Below are positions 1 through 12,554 of a stretch of 64,000 nt of DNA, in pieces. Location of the stretch: assembly GCF_009914755.1 (NCBI RefSeq), contig NC_060929.1. One strand, given 5' to 3'. The position numbers were made by a program, and so were the translations under genes. This stretch comes from the human T2T-CHM13v2.0 reference genome, Homo sapiens. The notes beneath the pieces were generated by a model that did no database searches, was not told the DNA's origin, and saw only the letters and a list, made by a program, of their open reading frames with translations. Numbering within the stretch: position 1 is the stretch's first letter; every line of letters starts with the position of its first letter.

Positions 1-84
1 GACTGAATTCCTGACCCACTGAATCCAAGACCATAATACGATGGTTGTTTTATACCACTGAGTTTTTGGGTGGTAACTAGAACA
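1..84 (+). mobile_element. 3' end of MLT1-type (ERVL-MaLR) LTR, cut by window edge
   Basis: cctgacccactgaatcc..ggttgttttataccactgagtttttgggtgg..aactagaaca resembles the MLT1 LTR 3' terminus ending in ACA. Confidence 0.65.
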
Positions 85-1229
85 TTAAACCTAAGACAGT
101 ACTTTCATGGAAGAAGCATCATAAACATTTTCAGAGAGTTGAATATAGGAGTATGAAGGATCTCATTGAGGGAGAGAGTGCGGCTCTCAGTAACTTTCTA
201 CCATGCAGGGATGATGTCTTTTTCCTAAAAAGATGTGTATTTGGCATACATTCTCTCTCCCACAATAGGACCAGCCTCAATCGATATTATCTAAAAACAT
301 CAGCTCTTAGGAAGTTACATGGTCCAAATTAGGCTAATAAATTACAAACGAACTACCAAGGGGCGACTGGTTAATAAATTTTCAATAGCTTTCTCCTTTT
401 TAAATGGTGTTTGCTTGTGGTTTTTTATTAGCAATCACATACACTTGGTTAGAAATATATGTGACCTGAAAAATAGACAATGGAGCAGAGATTCATCCTG
501 AGTTAAGATCTAGATGCTATCTAGTTTGAACATGAGGTGAAGGGGTGGATAGTTCTCAGGTGATTGGAAATGATTTTTGTGTTGGGTATGATGTCTGTCA
601 CATCCAATCACCTGGTGCCTGTTTAGGATCAGACATATGACAGCAGGTGGAAGTGTGCCTTTTGATCCCGAAATGGCAACAGACCCTCATGTCTGCAGCT
701 TCATCTGACAAATTTGGCAGGAAGGAAGAGGTATGGAACCAGAAGCATCTGCCACTGAGTTGGGAGAGCAAAAATAAAGGCATTCGTTAAAGCTATTTCC
801 TCCCATTGCAATTCAGTGAGCTTTCTGTGGACATATGATCAGACCCAAGCATGTTTATCAATATCAGCGTCCTGGGATCTTTTGTGCATGACTCATTGGT
901 GCTTCTGAGATTCCATTTGAATCAATCCAATCCACTTCAACTCAAGGAACATTTATACAACTGTGCTGGAGATGATGGAGGAGACCTGAACAAGGTACAG
1001 TTCATGCATTCATGATAGGCATTTTTCATCCAGTCCTCCTGCAGGTGCCCCATCACCAGATGAGAAACCTTTCTTCATATGGGATGGATTACAGTTACAT
1101 TAACAGTAAAAAGGAGAATAGTCTAGACACAGAAGAAAATACACATCACTATTTGATATTGTGGTGGGCAAGCATTTTTTAAAATAAAATCAATGGAAAC
1201 ATGCACAAAGATATTAGATGATATACAGA

Positions 1230-2090
1230 AGAACGAAAGCTACTGTAGGTGATAATCTAAACAGCAAAGGAAATGACAATCAGGAAAATATTTGCCAGAA
1301 ATATTTTGTTAACATTATAAATATATGAAGAATTTTTGTCAATTAACTAAAAAAAGGCACTGGAATGCCAACAGAAAAGAATAAGTAACAAGCATGAAGA
1401 AATAATTCCTATTAGAAGTAAAATGGCTAATAAAGGTATAAATATATGATCATCTCACTAGTAATAAAAGAAACACAGATGAAACAACAGATAACAAAAA
1501 AGAGATGCCACAGTTTGCCACAATTTCTTGAAAGCAACAATATACAGTCAGGTAAAAGTAGATGAGCTGGGCACTTTCCTACTGCTGGTAGGCCAGTATT
1601 CCCGCAACACTCCTGAAAACAAATTGACAATCTGTGTCAAGACCTTAGAAGAATTTTAAAACTTTGATTCATTGCTAGTACTTCCAGAAACCTGTCTTAA
1701 AGACTGAAGAGATAAACTTAGAGTTTTATATAAATAATAATCATCAAAATAAGGTTGATTGAAAAAGAAATATAAAAATCTAAATGGCTCCAAAAAAGCA
1801 TGATTAAATAAGTGTTTATATGTGTACAGTATATAGTAATTACTAAAAGTTAGGTTTCTAAAGAATATTTGATGATGTGGAAAATGCTTTTGTCAGAATG
1901 TTAATGAACAAGAGAGAGAAAACAAAATTTATTAAGAGTTTGTTACTAATTTTGAATGTGAATTTGTAAATACTAGAAACAAATACACCCAAAATGTCAG
2001 CACAGTTACCTTTGAGTGGTGAGATTATGGGTGATATTTATTTTCTTCTACTTAACTCTTTGGTATTTTCCAAATCTCTACAATGAAAAT
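1230..2090 (+). mobile_element. Ancient LINE-1 (L1ME-type) 3' fragment
   Basis: Degenerate ORF2 end/3'UTR motifs (gatcatctcactagtaataaaagaaacacagatgaaaca; gttacctttgagtggtgagattatgggtga). Confidence 0.6.
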
Positions 2091-2682
2091 TGAATCAGTT
2101 TTCTAGTGCTGCATAACAAATCGTACGCGCTTAGCAGCTTAAAACAATATCATGCATTATCTCTCAGTTTCTGCAGGTCAGAAGTCTGAGGTTGGCTTTA
2201 CTGCATTCTGCTTAGGTCTCACAAGGCTCAAAACAGGGTGAGCTGGGATGAGTTCTCATGGGGAGCACAGGGTTCTCACTCAAGCTCATGTAAGTTGTTG
2301 GCAGAATTCAGTTTCTGTGGTTGCAGGACTGAGGCCCTCGTTTTCTTGCCGGCTGTCGGCTACAGTTCCTTTCCAGTGGCCCCACTGGCTGTTCACAACA
2401 TGCATGCTTGCTGTCTTCCAGTGCAGCAAGGGTGCATGAATTGTCTCTTTGTGATCAGCTAGAGAAAACTCCTTGCTTTTAAAGGATTCCTGTGATTTGA
2501 TCAGACTCACAGGGATAATCTCCCTGTATCAAGGTCAACTGATTAGAGAACTTGGTTTCATTTGCAAAATCCCTTTGTATCAGCACCCAGATTTGAGTTT
2601 GATTGAATAACTAGGAGAAGGTATTTGTCCACCAAGGGCTGGGAATCTTGAGGGCCCCCTTAAAACCTGCTTATTGCAACCA
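2091..2682 (-). mobile_element. MLT1-family solo LTR (ERVL-MaLR)
   Basis: Starts tgaatcagttttctagtgctgcataacaaa..ttagcagcttaaaacaa..cagtttctgcaggtcagaagtc, the reverse complement of the MLT1 3' end; TG..CA termini. Confidence 0.75.
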
Positions 2683-2689
2683 TGTCTTA

Positions 2690-2900
2690 GTAGGTTAAGC
2701 TTTAGAAACAGACTCCTTGGTTTTGAATTCTACCTCTGATTGATCAACTGACTTTGGGGGAGTTAATTAACTTCTTTGAATTTCAGTTATCCTTAAGATT
2801 GGAGAATAATAATAGTAATTGTCTCAATGGTTTGTTGTAAAATATGTTGCAAATATAAATATTAATGTAATAATATTTTGTAACTTAATTTGGCATGAAT
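2690..2900 (+). mobile_element. MIR SINE
   Basis: ggttttgaattctacctctg..actttgggggagttaattaacttctttgaatttcagtt, MIR core. Confidence 0.6.
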
Positions 2901-2934
2901 TCTGGTTTGTGGTATTAGTATCAGAAAATATATA

Positions 2935-3274
2935 GAGTCATGTGTCCCATAATGGCAGGATACTTTATGAGAAATGTATTGTTAGGTGACTTTTTGTTGT
3001 TGTGCAAACATCATAGAGTGTCCTAATACAACCTAGATGATATAGCCTACTACACACCTATGCTATATGGTATAGCCTATTGCTCCTAGGCTAAAAACAT
3101 GTATAGCATATGACTGTCCTGAATACTGTAGGCAGTTGTAACACAATGGTAAGTATTTGTGTATCTAAACACATCTATATGTAGAAAAGGTACATAAAAG
3201 TATTATACTATTTGAGGACCACTGTTATATATGTGACCTGTCACTGACCACAAACATTATGTGGCAAGTGACTA
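2935..3274 (+). mobile_element. Tigger3a (MER7A) non-autonomous TcMar DNA transposon
   Basis: Diagnostic core acctagatgatatagcctactacacacctatgctatatggtatagcctattgctcctaggcta; degenerate TIRs (gagtcatg..gtgacta) flanked by TA (2933-2934, 3275-3276). Confidence 0.9.
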
Positions 3275-4385
3275 TAATTTAAAAGTCCACAAAAAACTAC
3301 TCAGGCAGAAAATAATTTGACAAACTACATAAGAAAAAGCTTCAGATTTTCTCATTATTTTTGTCTTTTCCTGTCAATGGCTAGGAAGCAGTTTATCCTT
3401 ACTTGTGTGCAATGCTGATCTTGCAGCAAAATTGTTAAGTAGATAAACAAACCTATGGTGCCCCAGCCTCTTTTCCTTTCTTGATACTCTGCTCCCACCC
3501 CGAGTAAAGAAAAACATTTTGTTATTCCTCTTAGCTGGGGAAAACCTTGTTAAAATGTAAATATTTTCTAAAAAGAGAGAATACACATGGCAGCTAACCA
3601 TGGCTTGTGTTATTTTGAAAGTTCTGTAATGGGATGCTGAGAGAGGGGTACCTAGATGGCAATGTTTTGATGTGGATATAAAAGAGGGGCAAAGATGTGC
3701 CTGGTGAATGACCAACCCTTACAGATATAAGAAGATGAAGAAAGTTATGAGAACATTGGCTTCTTGAGGAAAAATATCCAAGAGATAGAAGGAATAATAG
3801 AATCTATCTCACTTCCAGAAAGACCAGGTAACCACAAGGTTCTACAATCCTTACAAAAATATGCCAGTGAAGTGTCATTCATTGGTCAGGTTGCTCACTG
3901 CCTCACTTATTAATAGTTTATTTCTGGTTATTAGAAAGTTCCGCTTGTCTGTGGAAACTCCTGCTTCTGCTCTCTGCGGCCACACATGGCAAGCCTACAT
4001 CTGCTTCTCCGGACCAGTCTTTGATGCTTGAATGTGGAAAGGGGGATGCAGGGTGCTGAAAACAAATTTCACTTGCTTTAAAGCCCAACCTGTTCTCTTT
4101 CTAACTCAGCTATTTATGCACATGCCACCCAATCCTATGCTTCTTGTTTCTAGCCATGTCCCTTGCCATATCAACTTCTAGGTGAGAATAAAATAACCAT
4201 AAGCAGGTCAGTTTTGCTTGAGCTTCCTGGAAGGCACTCCATGCTAGGGCCAGGTTGCTGGATATCAGGTGGTACCTTTCATTCTTGCCCTTCAGCTAGA
4301 GCTAAAGGCGTAGTGGAAGCAAATGGTCAGCAGAACGAGGCCAGTTTCTCTGAAAGATTTCCCTGGATTTTGTAGAACTGGTATT

Positions 4386-4513
4386 GTTTTTTGTTGTTGT
4401 TGTTGTTTTTGTTTGTTTTTGTTTTTTTGTTTTTTTTTGAGACGGAGTCTTGCTCTGTCGCCCAGGCTGGAGTGCAGTGGTGCTATCTTGGCTCACTGCA
4501 AGCTCCACCTCCC
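4386..4513 (-). mobile_element. Severely 5'-truncated AluY-type SINE with 14-bp TSD
   Basis: Last ~75 nt of Alu right arm including AluY-diagnostic ctgcaagctcc, plus degenerate A tail; TSD gtagaactggtatt at 4372-4385 and 4514-4527. Confidence 0.92.
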
Positions 4514-4739
4514 GTAGAACTGGTATTCTTTAACCCAGAGTATATGTTCAGGAAATGCCTTTTAAAAGAATGAGTGAGAATAAATAATAACAGCTCCCAA
4601 AGGTAAAGATTGCAATATTATGAATTATTACACAATAGTTATCTCATTGCATATTGAGCAGACAGACATTTGAGTTTGAGTTGAGCAAAGAAGGAATAAT
4701 GTCTTATCAAAATTGTAGCACTAGCAGTTAAGAAATATA

Positions 4740-5470
4740 TGTATTATGTGCTAGGTACTGTGCTAGGTGATTGATAGCCATGGTCTAATTTGATTCCCAC
4801 CAGACTGTGAACTACATGAGGGCAGGGGACTTAGCCTTTGCTATGTGTGGTGGTATTCTTAGTGTCTAGCATAGTGCTGGTATGTAGCCATAGAGAATGT
4901 CTGCAAATTACTTTAGCATAGACTTATGGAATATCTACTTTGTGCTGGAGCAACCTGACAAGCAGATTCTGAATGCTAATACCCAGGGCTGGGAAATTAG
5001 CAGAGCATAAAACCTGGAAAAAGCCCTTGTGGAAAGCCATCCTTAAGAATGAAGACTAGATTCAGGCAATCCTAGGTTTAAATTCTGTCTCTGCCACTTT
5101 AACCATGTGACTTTGGGCATTTATTTCATATCTCTGAATGTCTCTTTCCTCATCTGTAAAATGGGGATGGTAATAATAGGGCCTAGCTCTTGAAGTGGCT
5201 TGAGAATAAATAAATGAACAACGGTTGTCCCATGCTATGCTGTCAATACATGGCAACCATTATGTTTATAATGGGCACTCTATACATATTATTTGAATGA
5301 ACAAATAATTTATCCCAATGACTTAGATAAGAGATATATTCTTCATTTCATCAATAGAAAAAAATCAGAACTAGAGAAGAGTTAAGTACTTTCCCAGAGT
5401 CACATATTTGGTAAGTAGCAGAGCTGGGATTTGTATCCAACTTTGTGACTCCATAGTCCCTGCCCTCCAT
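4740..5470. mobile_element. Cluster of MIR and L2 3'-end fragments
   Basis: cagactgtgaactacatgagggcaggg (L2 tail); ttcctcatctgtaaaatggggatggtaataatag (MIR core, +); agttaagtactttcccagagtcaca (MIR, -). Confidence 0.7.
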
Positions 5471-6139
5471 GCTATTGTTGCTGCTGTTTTCCTACTAGTG
5501 ATCAATGTTGGCAAATAGCATAAACATGCTGAATATAATTCCTGAGAGGAACTAAGGCAGGAGGGCAAATACCATGTCATTTTCCAATAAGGTGGGGCAA
5601 GTGAGGTTAAAAAAAATCATAAACAAGCAGTTTCCAGCTACCACTGTGGGAGTGTCACCCAATCTAGCTGTTAGGCATTGTTTTGTGCCAGTTGGAAGAG
5701 GGCTGCATTTTCCTCATGTGACAGCTGGTCTCAGTAGCAAGGAAGGCCTCAAAGTTGGCACCACAATTCAGCCCAGATTCCATTTGACACGATTCACAAA
5801 TATGCAGCTGAAAAACTACAATCAAAGAGACGGTGGGCTCAGAATAGGGTAAAGCAGGCAAAGGAGAAATGGCAGTTTATTATTTTTGTTTTCATTATTA
5901 AATGGACATTGCTTAGCTATGAATCTCTAGTTTGGCAATGCATGTTTTAACATGTTGTTAAGTATACTATACATTAACTTCTATTGATTTTGCTTTTTAG
6001 CAAATATAGACCTTATTTTTGCAGGATGTTTTAAGTGGTCCAATTCAGGACATAATTATTATAGAGATAACAAGGAGTCTTGTTTAGGTTTCGTTTAGAC
6101 TCATCTCCAGTGCCAACTACTCCAGGATGACTTCTCTAA

Positions 6140-6674
6140 CTCATTCAATTTTTCATTTGTTTACACAATTTAATACATATTTATTGAACACCTACTATAT
6201 GCCAGACTTTTTGAAATCTTGAACAAGATCCTTGCTCTTATGAGATTTGCATTCGATTGGGGTGGTAAACAATAAACAAATAAATCAAGAAGTGAGTAGA
6301 CAAAATAATTTCAGAAAGCGATAATTTCTATGAAGAGATAGAACATGTTGTGATTTTTCTTGAGGTAGAATTGAGATAAAGCCTGAATGTTGAAAACAGA
6401 TGCCACAGATAGAACTGAGAGAACTATTATGGGCACTGGAAAAGGCTGGTGCAAGGGTCTTAAGGAAGAGAAAGGAGGTCTTTGTGGCTAGATCTCCACA
6501 AGTGGAGGACAAGGGTTGGAGAGATTGGCAGGGACCAGATCATGTAAGAACTTGTGGGACTTGGATTTTATTTTATGTACAATGGTAAGTCCTCAGGACA
6601 TGAAGCATGGGCATGGCATTATTTTTGCCATTATATGTTTTAAGAGGACTCTGTAGTGTGAAGAATAGATTGTT
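6140..6674 (-). mobile_element. L2 LINE, left part (interrupted by L1)
   Basis: tcattcaa..atatttattgaacacctactatatgccagac, L2 3' end antisense; resumes at 8016. Confidence 0.75.
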
Positions 6675-8015
6675 GTAGATGTATAGATCTATGGAATGGA
6701 ATTGAGTGTCCAGAAATAAGCCCTCATATTCATAGGCAGTTGATCTTCAGTTAAGGTGACAAGACAATTGGATGGGGGAGAGAATAGTCTTTTCAATAAA
6801 TGGTACTAAGACAACTGGATATCCAAATAAAAATGGAACAAAGCTAGACTTCTACCTCATACTATTTACAAAAAATAAGTCAACACAGATTAAAGCCTAA
6901 ACATAAGAGCTAAAACTATAAAACTCTTTGACAAAAGTATACTGGTAAATTCTGACATTGGATATGGCAATGGTTTCTTATATATGATACCAAAAGGACA
7001 TGTAACAAAAGAAAGAACATGATAAATTGGGTTTTATCAAAATTTAAGACTTAGGTACACTAAATAACATTGTGAAGGAAACAAAAGAACAACCCACAGA
7101 ATGGAAGAAAATATTTGTACATCAGTTATCTGATAAAGACTTGTATCCAGAATGTATAAGGAACTTCTACAACTCAGTCATAAAATACATGCAATTTAAA
7201 AAATGAGCAAAGGATTTGAATAGACATTTCTCTCAAGAAGATATGCAAGTGGCTAATAAGTTCACGAAAAGATCCTTAGCATCATTATCCATCAGAGACA
7301 TGTAAATCAAAACCCTAATTAAATACCACTTCACACCCAGTAGGATGATAATAATTGAAAAAGAGAGGTAATAACAAGTGTTGGCTAGGCTATGGAGAAA
7401 TTGGAACCCTTATTTGCTGCTGGTGGGAACATAAAATGGTGCAGCCACAGTCGAAAGCAACCTAGCAGTTCCTCAAATGGTAAACAGGGTTACCATATGA
7501 TTTAGCAATCTACTTCTAGGTACGTACCTAAGAGAAGTAAAAAAAAAATCTTCACACAAATATTCATACATCATTAAATCATAATACCCAAAAATGGAAA
7601 CAACCGAAATAGTCATCATCTGATGAATGGACACATAAAATGTCATATATGCATGCAATGGACTATTAGGTATTAAAGATAAAGTGATGAGACATGCTTC
7701 AACATGTGTGAACCTCAAAAACATTACCTAAGTAAAAGAAGTCAGCCGCACAGGAACACGTATCATATGACTACCTTTATGTAAACTCTCCAGAACAGGC
7801 AAATCCACAGGAGCAGTAGACAGATTAGTGGTTGCCTAAGGCTGGGGGGAATGAAGTTTGGAGGATTATGGTTAGAACATTTCTGACATAATGAAAATGT
7901 TCTAAAATTGTGGTGATGGATACACTACTCAGTGAATATAATAAAACCATTGATTTATGCACTTTAAATGGGCAAATTGTACTTGAATTATATCTCAATG
8001 AAACTGATTTTTTTA
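6675..8015 (+). mobile_element. L1MB-type 5'-truncated LINE-1 inserted into L2
   Basis: ORF2 C-terminal and 3'UTR homology; probable TSD aatagattgtt at 6664-6674 and 8016-8026. Confidence 0.8.
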
Positions 8016-8115
8016 AATAGATTGTTAGTAGGGCAAAATTAGAAATGTGTATCTAAATTAGGAGGCTGTTGCTGTGGTCCAAGTGAAAGATGGTGGTGGC
8101 TTGAACAAGGATAAT
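8016..8115 (-). mobile_element. L2 LINE, right part
   Basis: ttaggaggctgttgctgtggtccaagtgaaagatggtggtggcttg continues the L2 sequence broken at 6674. Confidence 0.65.
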
Positions 8116-8364
8116 CTCGCTACCCCATTCATTGCCATCAGGCTGAAGTAAATACGCCTCTTATCTATTCCCATGTAACTACCTCTTATTTATTCCCATG
8201 TCCACTAATATTTATCACATTGCACTGAAAAGATCTGTATAGGTAGCTCTCTCCCTTACTACTTTGTAAACTTCTGATGAAGGATCTTGCTCTTCTCTCA
8301 TGTTTTAGTTCCCTTTATGTAGAATGTCTACATACAGTAGGAACTAAATAAATGTGCAGTTAAT

Positions 8365-8478
8365 TGATATATATATATCTATATATAGAGAGACATAGTA
8401 TATATATCATTTGAATATACAGATGAATATATATAATTTGAATATATAAAATGATATATAAAATGAAATATATAATTT
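8365..8478. repeat. (TA)n-rich low-complexity tract
   Basis: gatatatatatatctatatatagagag..atatataat, seen directly. Confidence 0.8.
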
Positions 8479-8479
8479 G

Positions 8480-10580
8480 TCTAGAGCAGAAAGTCCAAAA
8501 GTAGACTCACACTTGATGGCCAATTAATTTTTTTAATTAACATGATTATTGGGATATAAATTACATGTGTAAAATCCACTCATTTAAAGTGTAAAATTCA
8601 GTGGTTTTGGAATGTTTACAGGGTAGTGCAACTGTTATCATAATCTAATTTTTGAAGAGTTTTATCACCCCAGAAAGAAAGTTCCCATCCATTAGCAGTC
8701 CATTCTCTATTCTCCTCTACCCTAGCCAATTATTATTATTTTTTTTTACAAAGGTGCAAAAGCAACTCAATGGAGGAAGGATAGTCTTTTCAACAAATGG
8801 TACTGGAGCAATTAGACATTCATTTGCAATAAAAATGAAACTTGACCTAAACCTCACATTTTATACAATAATCAATCAATGTGTATTACCAAAATGCAAA
8901 ATATAAACTAAGAAAACCTTTAATTTTTTAACATTTAATTTTTTTATAATTTCAACTTTTAATTTAGATTTAGGGATTCATGTGTACCTTTGTTACATGA
9001 GTATATTGCATGATGCTGAGGTTAGGAGTATGATCCCTTCACCCAGGTACTGAGCATAGTACCTAATAGTAAGTTTTTCACCTCTTTCCCCTTTCCCTCC
9101 TACCCTGCTCTCGTAGTCCCCAGTGTTTATTGTTGCTGTTTTATGTCCACAAGTACCCAATGTTTCACTCCCACTTATAAGTGAGAACGTGCGGTATTTA
9201 GTTTTCTGTTCCTGTGTTAATTGGCTTAGGATAATGGCCTCCAGCTGCATCCATGTTGCTGCAAAAGTCATGATTTTGTTCTTTTTTATGGCTGTGTAGT
9301 ATTCCATGGTGTATATGTACCACATTTTCTTTATCCAGCCCACCATTGATGGCCATCTAGGTTGATTCCATGTCTTTGCTATTGTGAATAGCTCTGCAAT
9401 GAACATACAAGTGCATGTATCTTTTTGGTAGAACAATTTATTTTCCTTTGGATACATTACCAGTAAAGGAATTGTTAGGTCAAATGGTAGTTCTATTTCA
9501 AGTTCCTTGATAAATCTCCTAACTGCTTCCCACAGTGGCTGAACTTAATTTGCATTCCCACAAATAGTGTATAAGTGTTCCCTTTTCTCTGCAGCCTCAC
9601 CAGCATCTGTTGTGTGGGTTTTTTTTTGTTTTATTTTTTACTTTTTAACAATAGCCATTCTGACTTGTATGAGCTGGTATCTCATTGTGGTTTTGATTTG
9701 TATTTCTGTGATGATTAGTGATGTCCAACATTTTTAAAAACTTTTATAAGAAAACACAGAAAAAAAATATTTAGGACTTGGAGTTAATCAAAGAGTCCTT
9801 AGATCTGACACCAAAAGTATAATCCATAAAAAAATCTATTCATTGAGAATATACCCCAATAGGTGAATAACATACTTATCAGAATGACTAAAATGAAAAT
9901 GCTGATAATTTCAAATGCTGATGAAGATGCAGAGCAATCTGAACTCTCCTACATTTCTTGCGGGGATGAAAAGTGATCAGCCACTTTGGAAAACAGTTTG
10001 TCAGTTCCTTATAAAGTTAACCAATTTGGCCCATTCTTCCTACTCCTGTGTATTTAACCTAGATAAATGTAAACTTACGTTCACACAAAAACCTGTCCAA
10101 GAATGTTTATGGCAGCTTCATTCATAGTTGCCCCGAATTTGAAGCAACTCAAAGCCCTTCAGTGTGTGAGTAAGTATAAACTGTGGTACCTCCATACACT
10201 GGAATCCAAGTCAGCAGTAAAAGAAACACACTATGGAGAACTGCAACTATGTGGATGAATCTGAAAGGGATTATGCTGAGGGAAAGAAGCCATCTCAAAA
10301 GGTAAGCTACTGGAGGATTTCATTTACATGACATTTTTGAAGAGACAGACCTGTAGTGAAGAACAGATCAATGGTTTTCAGGGGTTAGGATTGAGGACAA
10401 GTTGTGCACACAAAGGGATGGCATTAAGCAATTCATGGGGTGATGGAACTATTCTGTATTTTTGTTGCAGGGGTTATAAGAATTTCTACATGTGTTAAAA
10501 ATTCCTATAGTTATGTACCAGAAAGTCAATTTAGTAAATTAATTTACCATATTTTTACTAATGAAAAATAAAATACAAAA
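8480..10580 (+). mobile_element. Old L1M (L1MC-like) fragments, interrupted by two antisense L1 3' ends
   Basis: gatagtcttttcaacaaatggtactgg, ccactttggaaaacagtttg and 3'UTR motifs; antisense L1MB-like piece at ~8530-8725. Confidence 0.65.
8925..9735 (-). mobile_element. L1PA15/16-like LINE-1 3' fragment
   Basis: ORF 8993..9457 is the ORF2 C-terminus (KDTCTCMFIA..KTWNQP..WIKKMWYIYTMEYY); 3'UTR gttacatgagtatattgcatgatgctgagg. Confidence 0.85.
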
Positions 10581-10614
10581 GTAAAATAGCTTTCTTGAAT
10601 CTCAAGAACTGCGG

Positions 10615-10825
10615 AGACAGATTCACCTGGCACCTGATCTGGTTCTGCTACCCATAACCAGGATGAATTTAGGATTATGTCATTATATCAGTTTTCTCAT
10701 CTGTAAAGTGAGGATAATAACAGTGCTCATATCATATGGTAGAGAAAGTTAAATGAGATAACACTTATCAGGAACCTAGCACAGTGCTTGGCACATGGTA
10801 AGAGCTCAGTAAAATTCAGCTGTTC
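10615..10825 (+). mobile_element. MIR SINE
   Basis: cagttttctcatctgtaaagtgaggataataacagt..ttaaatgagataa..tagcacagtgcttggcacatggtaag. Confidence 0.75.
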
Positions 10826-11226
10826 TTTCTGCTGCTGTTTCCACTGCTCTATCCTACTACCTACTGTATGGAAGAGGACAATGAAAATGAAAAAATTAGT
10901 CCTGTATTTTAACCAATAAAATATTGATACCAGGACATTTTGAGAGCAGCAACATGGAGGCAGCTCTATGATGTTTTATTCTGAAATTGTGTCTTGGGAT
11001 AAACAAGCACAGGTGGCTCATCAGTGCCCTCAACAAACATAGGCCACTGTTCTATGATACCCCAATGTAACTGATTTAGCTCCATCTAGAATATCTGATT
11101 GTACTGTTCCCTTGTTGGTTAACCTTGGAAGGAGGTTCAACATAATAGATTAAAGGAAAGCATTTTCAGAAGTCCTGGGCATCTGAGGATGGTTTCCAAA
11201 AGCTAATATGAATTACCATTGTATTC

Positions 11227-11262
11227 TGTGTGGGTGTATGTGTGTGTGTGTGTATGTGTGTA
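11227..11262. repeat. Imperfect (TG)n microsatellite
   Basis: tgtgtgggtgtatgtgtgtgtgtgtgtatgtgtgta. Confidence 0.85.
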
Positions 11263-12407
11263 CATGCACATGCATGTTGTGTACAAACATGGCAGTCTTC
11301 CAGACTCCTCTGCCAATATCTCATATCCACAGAAGCTTGGGTTTTAAAATGTTTGGAACTCCTATTCTTATCTTCCAGCGATTGGCATTAAGAGCCCAGG
11401 ACAGCTTTATATGTAAGTGCCTGGTGTCACTGATATTTATAACTGATAGAGCTGGGATCCCTGATTGAGCATGTTCAATTGCTCAACTTAATAGGGAAGC
11501 TTTATCATGTGCCTTTAATCTATGTCATCTGACTGGCAGCCCTGTTCTGCCATACTCTCTGTGCTGGCAAGTTTGCCTCCACATGCATGCTCCTGTGCTG
11601 CTGTATCTCTCCAGGAGGCAGCAGAGGGGCAATTCCTGAGCCATGGTGTTATCTTCCAATCAACTCTAGTAGCTCTGCTTGCTGTGACTCAAGAATTTTA
11701 TTAAATAAAGCTTCCCAGTGTGTAGGTTAGGATTTGTTTAGAAACACATCTGTGATGGGCAGTCCGGGCAGATGAAATGGCTAGCTGTAGAGAAGGAAGA
11801 CGCATAGCCCTGAACAAGTGTCTTGTCTCTCTCTGGCCCCAATTTTTACAACTGTAAACTGACGGTATTGGATCAAGTTATTTCTAAGGTCTGTATAAGC
11901 TTTCCTATTTCAGGAGTCTCATTCTCAAACAAGGCTTCTTGTTGGCTTTTAAAAGTTCCTTGCATTCTAAACATTGATTCTGTATTCTGCTTGTTGTTTT
12001 CCCCCGCAAAATAATGATGATCACATTTAAAAGACATTAGAAGTACTATAATCTTTGTTGCATGATTCAGCATAGCTATAAAGAAATTAGGTTTTGAGCC
12101 ATCAATAAATTAACGTTGATTAGTGGTTACTGTTCAATGCAGATTTGACACAAAGCATGAACTGAAGAGCTTGGAGAACTGCAGTTTTCATATCAGAAGT
12201 GATTGAAAAGTCATTAGGTTAGTTAAAGTGTGCGTATTCTCTGTTAGGAGGTGGAGGAGGAGGAGGTAGTGGTGGTGATTGAAGGGTTAGGAGAATAGGA
12301 TGGGGATTTACTAACCTCATGTGACAGCACAATTACAATTATACAACCCTTCTCCCTTTTTGCTTCTACCAGAACAACCTAGCAATTCACCTTCCAAATA
12401 CACTCCT

Positions 12408-12554
12408 GACACCACAGAGAAGTGATAAATGTTTGAGATGATGAATATGCTAACTACCCTGATCTGATCATTATGTAATGTATACATATATTGAAACATC
12501 ACACTGTAGCCCATAAACATGTACAATTATTATGTGTCAATTATAAACAAACAA
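12408..12554 (+). mobile_element. L1MA 3'-terminal fragment with perfect 14-bp TSD
   Basis: gataaatgtttgagatgatgaatatgctaactaccctgatctgatcatta..atgtacaattattatgtgtcaatt; TSD ccaaatacactcct at 12394-12407 and 12555-12568. Confidence 0.88.

Noticed and set aside
8993-9457. 154-aa ORF as a host gene
   Set aside because: L1 ORF2 C-terminus running into the 3'UTR.
11459-11495. Small hairpin (ttgagca..tgctcaa) as possible miRNA
   Set aside because: Stem only ~7 bp; too short, and expected by chance.
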